DNA of 64,000 nt, from contig CBDCTZ010000016.1 of NCBI GenBank assembly GCA_965222375.1, forward strand, positions 3,296,001 to 3,360,000, read 5' to 3'. Origin of the DNA: Polyangiaceae bacterium. Lineage in GTDB: Bacteria; Myxococcota_A; Polyangia; Polyangiales; Polyangiaceae. The notes below the pieces were generated by a model, which made no database searches, was not told where the DNA came from, and saw only the letters and a program-made list of their open reading frames with translations. The position numbers and the translations under genes are program-made. Shown here piece after piece: positions 56,262-64,000 of this stretch (positions within the stretch are counted from its first letter, which is position 1; each line of letters starts with the position of its first letter).

Positions 56262-56614
56262 TGAACATGAAAAGATCGACACAGTCATTGCTTCCGCATC
56301 ATCGGTTGCGGGCCTTTCGGGTGGCTTTGGAGTTGCTGGCTGCTGTGAGGGCGGCGAAGATCCGGGACCGTGGGGACCGCGACCAGGCCCTTCGGGCGGC
56401 TAAGGCGGCTTGTCGGAATATTGCTGAGGCGGTTGGGCGGGTGTCGCCGGGGGATCGGGCTCGGGTTTTCGGTATCGCGCGGGGCGAGACCGTTGAGGCA
56501 ATTGCCGTGACCGAAATCGCCACGGAGGCTGGGCAGGCTTCGGCCGATGCACTGCCTCGGGTGCTCGATCGCGGCAATGCTCTCTACGCCATGCTCACCG
56601 CGCTGTCGCGCTAG
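56261..56614 (+). CDS. Four helix bundle protein (23S rRNA IVP / Avd-like family)
   Basis: L.AF..A.EL...RDQALRAA....RNIAEA.GR....DR...F.IARG...E...; 117 aa with an AGGAGG SD. Confidence 0.85.
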   Translation: MNMKRSTQSLLPHHRLRAFRVALELLAAVRAAKIRDRGDRDQALRAAKAACRNIAEAVGRVSPGDRARVFGIARGETVEAIAVTEIATEAGQASADALPRVLDRGNALYAMLTALSR

Positions 56615-59030
56615 GCGCTCGCGTATTTTGGCGGATGGGCGCTTGGCGTTGTGTTCGGCGTCGTCTCAGGCCGGCCACGGCCAAGAGGCTCAGTCCCGAG
56701 AACAGAACGACGTTGGACGAACCACGGGTCGTTTGGCAGCCGCCGTCGGTATTCTGAGAATTGCTGCTGGCGGCTGCATCGGTGCCCGAACCGCCTGCGC
56801 CAGGGCCTGCATCGCTGTTGGAGCCACCACCGCCAGAGCCGGCATCGGGGCTACCTCCATCAGGCGATGAAGATGGGATCCCGAAGCACTTGAACTCGAT
56901 CACTTCCGCTTTTGGATCCGAACTGGCTGGGGTCGTGACCACCAAGCGGATCTTGGTCACGTTTGGAACGTCAGGAAAGTCCACTTCTTGAAGAGTGCTG
57001 GAACCGGACGGCGTCATCTCGAACGCGTCGTTCCACGCTCCATCGAAGTACTGAACCTTCCAACTTGCGATCTCGTGATTGCCCGCGTTGTCCTCCAAGA
57101 TGCTCGCGTGGGTGAGGGTGTAGCTATCCTGCAAGTCGTATTCGATCCATGCCTCCGTTCCAGCTGCCAGGGATGCGGAGTGGGCTTTCGTTGCCAGGTT
57201 GCCATCGTGTGCTCGACCCACCGCATACTCGCCACTCGCGTCCCACCCGCTGTCGGCGGCGTAGGTTGACGCATTAGCGAGGCTCGTGGGCCCCGGCTGA
57301 GTTGGGGCGTAGTCGACATGTCGCACCCGATAGCCCCAGTTTCGAGACTTGTCCGGGACGTTGGGCCAGTTCAAGACGCCTTTGCTGTCCGATTTGAGGG
57401 TCGTGGTTCCCTGCCATCCCCCGTTTTCCACGTGCCACCATTCGAAGATGTAGTCGCTGTCGGGTTTGAGTCCTTTGACGAACGTGGGCGGAAACCCCTT
57501 TGTGGAGAGCCCCAAAGCGAAGCTCTCGTCGTCGGAAGAAACCGCCAACGCGTGCATGTCCCCGTGGCTGTTTCCCAGATGCGTGTCCGAGGCGGGTTTC
57601 AAGATCCGGTAGTCATGTTCCTTGTCGAGCATGAAGTCCTTCAAGTGCTTCATCGCGTAGGACTTCCATTTCGTCAGTGAGTGCTTCTGCTGCCGTTCGT
57701 TCGTCGGGATCGGGTACTTGTTGTCAATCCAAAAGGCGATTCCACCGAAATAGGCGTCTCCCCATGCATGTCCGGCGAATCCGCCGTTCAACACGGAGCC
57801 GTACATTTGGAACTGCGCCATCTGTGTTGCGTCGAGGCCGGCGACTTCACCGACGGGTACTGCTGGGTAGTACGGTTCCACGTTCATCGCGGGTAGTTGC
57901 GGGGAGGCCCAGTACATGTCCCGCAACCATAAGTACATTCGTTCGTCTCGATACTTGTTGCTGACGTTGTGCACGTCCAGAAGGGCAGGTTCATCCTTGG
58001 CCCACGTCTCCAGACTGCTGCCGTAGGCCATCGCAGAGCGAGGTTGGCCATAGGGCATTTGACCCGTGCCGTTCATGCTCTTCAGATAGGCGTGGGCGTT
58101 TTCGACGAGCGGCAACCAATCGGGGTAGACGGCGTCTACGGTGTCCCAGTGGAGCCAGCTATAGATCATGTTGTAGCAGCCGTACCGCGCCCAAAGGTAT
58201 CTCGTGTAGTTCGTGAACGCCTTCTTCTGAGTCGCGTTCATTCGCGGCCATTCTTCGTGGCGCCTCACCGACTCAAAAAAAGTGATGAAACCGTGATCCG
58301 ACAAGAACTGCATCTTTTGGTCAGTTTCCTGCCAATACTGCGGATTGATGCGTGTGTAGTCGGCCTGGTCCGAAACGATTTTGAAGGGAGCCAGACCGCC
58401 TTCCGAGATCTTCTGTTTTTGGACCTGTTTCGCCCACACCTTCTCCGCCGAGCTGGTCGTGTCCGTGGGGTAACTCGCGAGGACATTCACGCCGTTGAAG
58501 CCTTGCTTCTTCCGTTCCAAGAAGTAGTCCTGGAATGAAATCCCCGCGATGCCTGCAGAGTTCCAGGGAAATATCTTGGTGAATGCAGTCCAGACCGTGT
58601 CCGCGGTGAAGAAGAACGGCGTTCCGTCGGCGTACTCCAGAGTCGTTCCGTTCACGCGTATGAAACCTCGCCTGTTCGGGTTGGCCTGCTTTTGAGCCTC
58701 GGTCGCTTTCGTGGCGACGAACGCCCCGCTCTGGCCGTCCAACCCGGAGTCGTTTGTCTTTGTCCCTGTTGACCATGTCCACTGGCCAGCCGAGGTTGCG
58801 ACCAACCGCACGCGGAACACTGCTCCGCCGTCCCAAAACGCAGGAACGAAATAGCTCTCGCCGTTTGGTCCGGAGAGTGTGACCCACAGGTCCACGTCCA
58901 TGTATGGGTTGCTGTAGTTCTTGGCAGCGTTGAAGCTAACTTCGTTGACCTCCATCACCCCAATAGCGTGAACACGGGGAGCGATCGCGATGGAGAGCAA
59001 CAAGGACGCCAGTGCGAATGTCTTTTTCAT
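56595..59030 (-). CDS. Secreted DUF5060/DUF4038 (apiosidase-like glycoside hydrolase) protein with F5/8-type C domain and MYXO-CTERM tail
   Basis: Signal peptide, NPY.DV, FWDGG..F.VR, YADGTPFFF.ADTVW, GFN, INPQYW and NVEPYY. A discoidin-like domain follows, then GGCQ...LAVAGLRRRR. Confidence 0.8.
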   Translation of the reverse strand: MKKTFALASLLLSIAIAPRVHAIGVMEVNEVSFNAAKNYSNPYMDVDLWVTLSGPNGESYFVPAFWDGGAVFRVRLVATSAGQWTWSTGTKTNDSGLDGQSGAFVATKATEAQKQANPNRRGFIRVNGTTLEYADGTPFFFTADTVWTAFTKIFPWNSAGIAGISFQDYFLERKKQGFNGVNVLASYPTDTTSSAEKVWAKQVQKQKISEGGLAPFKIVSDQADYTRINPQYWQETDQKMQFLSDHGFITFFESVRRHEEWPRMNATQKKAFTNYTRYLWARYGCYNMIYSWLHWDTVDAVYPDWLPLVENAHAYLKSMNGTGQMPYGQPRSAMAYGSSLETWAKDEPALLDVHNVSNKYRDERMYLWLRDMYWASPQLPAMNVEPYYPAVPVGEVAGLDATQMAQFQMYGSVLNGGFAGHAWGDAYFGGIAFWIDNKYPIPTNERQQKHSLTKWKSYAMKHLKDFMLDKEHDYRILKPASDTHLGNSHGDMHALAVSSDDESFALGLSTKGFPPTFVKGLKPDSDYIFEWWHVENGGWQGTTTLKSDSKGVLNWPNVPDKSRNWGYRVRHVDYAPTQPGPTSLANASTYAADSGWDASGEYAVGRAHDGNLATKAHSASLAAGTEAWIEYDLQDSYTLTHASILEDNAGNHEIASWKVQYFDGAWNDAFEMTPSGSSTLQEVDFPDVPNVTKIRLVVTTPASSDPKAEVIEFKCFGIPSSSPDGGSPDAGSGGGGSNSDAGPGAGGSGTDAAASSNSQNTDGGCQTTRGSSNVVLFSGLSLLAVAGLRRRRTQRQAPIRQNTRAPSATAR

Positions 59031-59082
59031 CTTGAGCCTGCCTCGACCGTCCTGAGACGGTGAATCCTTTGGGCCAGCGATG

Positions 59083-59098
59083 AGCAAGACGCATGCCG
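59083..59098 (-). promoter_or_regulatory. Putative sigma-54 promoter of the DUF4038 gene
   Basis: Minus strand CGGCATG-CGTC-TTGCT (GG-N10-GC), about 50 nt before the ATG. Palindrome GGGAACT-CTC-AGTTCCC lies further upstream (59169-59185). Confidence 0.55.
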
Positions 59099-59270
59099 CA
59101 CCAGCACGGGGCAAAACGTCGCGGAACGGCGAGCACTGAGCTGGTATGGGAACTTTCGTTGCTCGCTCGGGAACTCTCAGTTCCCGGTTCGCCTCGACGT
59201 AGCCGTCGCGCCGCCACGGCAGTCGTCTGCTTTTCCGTCGTGTCTTTCTCTGGCGCCGAATGCGGGACCG

Positions 59271-59963
59271 CTAGTTCTTTCGCGGGATCCCGTCGGTGCA
59301 GGTGAGGCCGCCTTCGTGCTCGATGTCGGTTGCGCGGATGGTGAAGGTGGCGTTGAGGAATAGGTTGATGCTCTCGGCGGCGCGGCAGAGGGGATCGCTC
59401 GGCTTGCCTTGAATGGCGGTGTGAGGCGGATTCACTTCGAGCTCCAGGGAGAAGGTGCGCTCGAAGTCGTTGCTGACGGGAGTGTCGCCGTCGGGCCAGG
59501 TTTGGCCAGCCTGGGTCGTGAAGCTGACCTTCAGGGTCGCATCGTTGATCATTCGGCAAAAGTTGTTGTCTTTGTCGATGGCCTCGACGAAGACCCGTGC
59601 CTCTTCACGGGGCTGCTCGAAGGGAGCGCCGGGGAAGAGCGCGCCGGTACTGACGCGGTACTCGGGTTGCTCACCACACTTCACCACGAACTGCGTGCCC
59701 GATTGTGAGAACCGCCCCGTTGTTGGGCTCGCGTTGATGATCACGTCCGCGTACGCGAGGCTCACCGTGCACATCGTGGCTAGGTCGAAATCCGTGCCGT
59801 CCGTGTTCAGGGTCCCGCCCAGAGTCGTCGGCGCGACCGCTAGCGCGACGGTCTGGCAAGGCTGCGGATCCGGGCTGCACACACCGCCGAGCATCAGCAG
59901 CGAAAGCCCAGCGACACCGAGCTTCCATGGGGTGGAAAGGGAGCGCGCCTGTCGCCGAAACAT
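59271..59963 (-). CDS. Hypothetical Cys-containing lipoprotein
   Basis: Hydrophobic signal ending LMLGGVC; GC3-biased ORF. Confidence 0.65.
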   Translation of the reverse strand: MFRRQARSLSTPWKLGVAGLSLLMLGGVCSPDPQPCQTVALAVAPTTLGGTLNTDGTDFDLATMCTVSLAYADVIINASPTTGRFSQSGTQFVVKCGEQPEYRVSTGALFPGAPFEQPREEARVFVEAIDKDNNFCRMINDATLKVSFTTQAGQTWPDGDTPVSNDFERTFSLELEVNPPHTAIQGKPSDPLCRAAESINLFLNATFTIRATDIEHEGGLTCTDGIPRKN

Positions 59964-60094
59964 GCTGGGCGCAAGTGTGAACACCCGCGGTAGGTCTGTC
60001 GAGGTCGCCGTCTTATTCACCGTCTGAGCGGATTCGCCGGGCTTGCGCCGGCTTGGTTGCGCGCCGCCGGAGCCCCGTGACATGCTGGTCGTTC

Positions 60095-61033
60095 ATGTTT
60101 TGCTGTCGTTTCTTCGTCGGGATCTCGGTCTTGGTCTTGGTGGTTGGCTGTGGTGGCGACGAATTCTCGGGTGACGCATCGGGTGGTGCGGCCGGAAGCG
60201 GCGCGGGCGGTAGCGCCGGTTCTGGCGCTGCTGCGGGCAGCGGCGGAGTTGCGGCCAGCGGGGGCAGCGCAGGCAATTCCGGCGCGGCGGGCAGCAGCGC
60301 GGGCGCTGGCGGACAGGCAGGCGGAGGCGCTGGCGGGACAGCCGGGGGTGCGGGCGGCGCGCCGCCCGTTGGCTGCGGTCCGGTTGCGGGGATAAAGCCT
60401 CTGCTGTTCACGACGCTCGATGACGCCCAATCCATTCTTTCGCCGAAGGAGGGAAGCGGCGCGGGATCCTTCCAGACATTGCCGGAAGAAGACTTCCGTC
60501 CGGGCAAGTGTGGCAAGGCCATTCGCTTGGACGCGAAAGGCGAAAATGTGCAGTTCGATGAGAAGTCCAACCTGGAGGTCAAGAAGGGCACCATCGACTT
60601 CTGGTACCAGCCCGAGTTGCCGCACACAGATGGTGTCCTGCGCAATTTCTTTTCTTCACCCGGCTACTGGACCAAGGCCAACGGTCTGCTGATTCGCAAG
60701 ACTGGTGGCGGTCTCGGAAACGCGTTCCAAGTCGCTTTCCGAGACAAGGCGGGTGGCAACCGAACGACCGAGATCGACTCGAGCGCCTACACGTTCAGTT
60801 CCAACACCTGGGTGCGAATCACGGTGACCTGGGACTTCTCCCTCTCCGGCCAAGCGGTACGCGTCTACTTTGACGGCGTCGAGGCGAAGTACAAGAGCTC
60901 CGTCAACGGCACATCGGAGATTGATTCGCATCAGGTTGGCCGGGTCAGGATCGGCAACCCAGATTCCGCCCAGAGTCCCGTCGGCGGTTTGATCGACGAC
61001 TTCAAAATCTACGATAGAGTCGTCAAACCCTGA
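60095..61033 (+). CDS. LamG/concanavalin-like domain lipoprotein with Gly/Ala/Ser linker
   Basis: LVVGC lipobox, GGAAGSG linker, GTIDFW, W.RITVTW, VYFDG and G.IDDFKIYDR. Confidence 0.85.
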   Translation: MFCCRFFVGISVLVLVVGCGGDEFSGDASGGAAGSGAGGSAGSGAAAGSGGVAASGGSAGNSGAAGSSAGAGGQAGGGAGGTAGGAGGAPPVGCGPVAGIKPLLFTTLDDAQSILSPKEGSGAGSFQTLPEEDFRPGKCGKAIRLDAKGENVQFDEKSNLEVKKGTIDFWYQPELPHTDGVLRNFFSSPGYWTKANGLLIRKTGGGLGNAFQVAFRDKAGGNRTTEIDSSAYTFSSNTWVRITVTWDFSLSGQAVRVYFDGVEAKYKSSVNGTSEIDSHQVGRVRIGNPDSAQSPVGGLIDDFKIYDRVVKP

Positions 61034-61130
61034 GCCGCAGAAACGCGCTCGGATCCTTAGGGTTCCCGCGGCGCCTCAGGCACTCACGATGAGTCTGAGG
61101 TATGTTCCCCTCGTCCAGAGGAGGGACTGC

Positions 61131-61742
61131 GTGACGGAAACGATTGTGCTGTATGGCTTTGGCGACAACGATCGCAGTGGGAAGGTGCGCTGGGTCGCAG
61201 CAGAGCTCGGTCTGGAGGTCGACGAGCGCCGCGTGACACCCGGCGATCATCGGGCTGCCCCCTATACCGACAAGAACCCCCTCGCTCAGATCCCCACGGT
61301 GGAGTTTCGCGGGGAGACGCTGATTGAGAGCACGGCCATTTGCCATGCGTTGGCTGAGGCATTCGACGAGCCGAAGCTATGGATCGGTCCTCGAGAGCCC
61401 AATCGCACCGCGTATCTGTATTGGCTGGCGGTCTTCGGTGAGAATTTCGAGGCAAGGCTAGTGGAGTGCACGGTCAGTCGTGGCGGCCTGCTCGGTCCCG
61501 AGTACTTTCAGGCGCACGAAAAAGGTCTTCGCTTCAAGTTGGGCGTCGTTGCTCAGCGCTTGCCCACCGAGGGCTACCTCTGTGGAAAGCAATTCACCCT
61601 CGCGGATATAGTTGCGGGCTACAGCCTTCGCCTCGCGGTGCAATGCCAGCTCCTCGACCGCGACAAGGCCGAGCCCTACCTCGCTCGCCTGGTGGCTCGC
61701 GAAGCTGCCACGAAGGCCCGGGTCTTTCGCAACTTCCCATGA
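61131..61742 (+). CDS. Glutathione S-transferase family protein
   Basis: RS.KVRW, NPLAQIPT, LIESTAI..L and YLCG.QFTLADI. GTG start follows a GGAGG SD. Confidence 0.92.
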   Translation: MTETIVLYGFGDNDRSGKVRWVAAELGLEVDERRVTPGDHRAAPYTDKNPLAQIPTVEFRGETLIESTAICHALAEAFDEPKLWIGPREPNRTAYLYWLAVFGENFEARLVECTVSRGGLLGPEYFQAHEKGLRFKLGVVAQRLPTEGYLCGKQFTLADIVAGYSLRLAVQCQLLDRDKAEPYLARLVAREAATKARVFRNFP

Positions 61743-61794
61743 GGCCTCGGGCCAATCAGCACGTCGCCCAGCCGTATCTCGGGCGGACCGAGCT

Positions 61795-63660
<1,866 letters not shown>

Positions 63661-63672
63661 TTTCTTACCTCC

Positions 63673-63711
63673 AGAAACGAGAAACCCCCGAGGGCGATCG
63701 CCGTCGGGGGT
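63673..63711 (-). terminator. Intrinsic terminator (attenuator) upstream of thrS
   Basis: Minus strand ACCCCCGA-CGGCGATCGCCC-TCGGGGGT followed by TTCTCGTTTCT, immediately before the thrS SD. Confidence 0.8.
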
Positions 63712-63772
63712 CTTGGGGCTTCCGAAGGCGACCGCGGTGTCGCCTTCTGCTCACAAACGAGTGCAAGGCGAC

Positions 63773-63823
63773 CTAGCGCGTGGTGGTCGTGCCTTCCGTC
63801 GTCAGTAGTGAGAGCCAGTTCAT
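63773..63823 (-). CDS. Thr-rich leader peptide MNWLSLLTTEGTTTTR (thrS attenuator)
   Basis: ATG AAC TGG CTC TCA CTA CTG ACG ACG GAA GGC ACG ACC ACC ACG CGC TAG. Six of the last 9 sense codons are Thr. Too short for the ORF track. Confidence 0.88.
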   Translation of the reverse strand: MNWLSLLTTEGTTTTR

Positions 63824-63832
63824 TGCCCGCTC

Positions 63833-63860
63833 AGGTTAACTCCTTTGCGCGAGAGCGCAA
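63833..63860 (-). promoter_or_regulatory. Putative sigma-70-type promoter of the thrS leader
   Basis: Minus strand TTGCGC-N16-TAACCT, ending 9 nt before the leader ATG. Confidence 0.45.
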
Positions 63861-64000
63861 GCAGCGAAGGCAGCTGCCGAGCGGTAGGTCGAATCTGCCC
63901 GTGATCTAGCGGCAGAGAGCGGTCGGCAGGCGAGGCGGTGGCTCGAGGGCAGCCGAGAGCCACGATTGCGTCTGCTTGCGGTACTCGCCGGCTCGATTCA

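Noticed and set aside
55900..56614. Diversity-generating retroelement
   Set aside because: An Avd-like fold is present, but there is no reverse transcriptase and I saw no TR/VR pair differing at adenines.
60170..60365. Gly/Ala-rich repeat as a distinct element
   Set aside because: An ordinary low-complexity linker typical of myxobacterial lipoproteins.
63661..63860. T-box riboswitch upstream of thrS
   Set aside because: No T-box consensus (AGGGTGGNACCGCG) or room for stem I. The Thr-codon leader peptide explains the region better.

Overview
GC-rich bacterial chromosomal window. The gene content points to a myxobacterium (Myxococcota, probably Polyangiaceae-like): MYXO-CTERM-type tails, eukaryote-like Ser/Thr kinases, an FHA-sigma54 activator and a GYF_2 protein. 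It holds about 45 CDS: housekeeping genes (glmU, purQ, dusB, hslR, thrS, MltD-like, HtrA), an MCP-less chemosensory cluster with a HEAT-repeat protein, a kinase/FHA-EBP/sigma54/ECF neighbourhood and several secreted lipoproteins. I found no rRNA, tRNA, cas gene, integrase or transposase. Two non-coding structures stand out. (1) An unannotated 16-codon Thr-rich leader peptide (63773-63823, minus strand) upstream of an orphan, TGS-less thrS, with mutually exclusive hairpins and an intrinsic terminator. This looks like a ribosome-mediated attenuator with an extra switching layer. (2) A cassette right after glmU: a degenerate NACGRN hexamer array, two strong hairpins (one burying the Shine-Dalgarno) and a four-helix-bundle (23S-IVP/Avd-like) gene. 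All calls come from reading motifs by eye; no database search or folding calculation was run.
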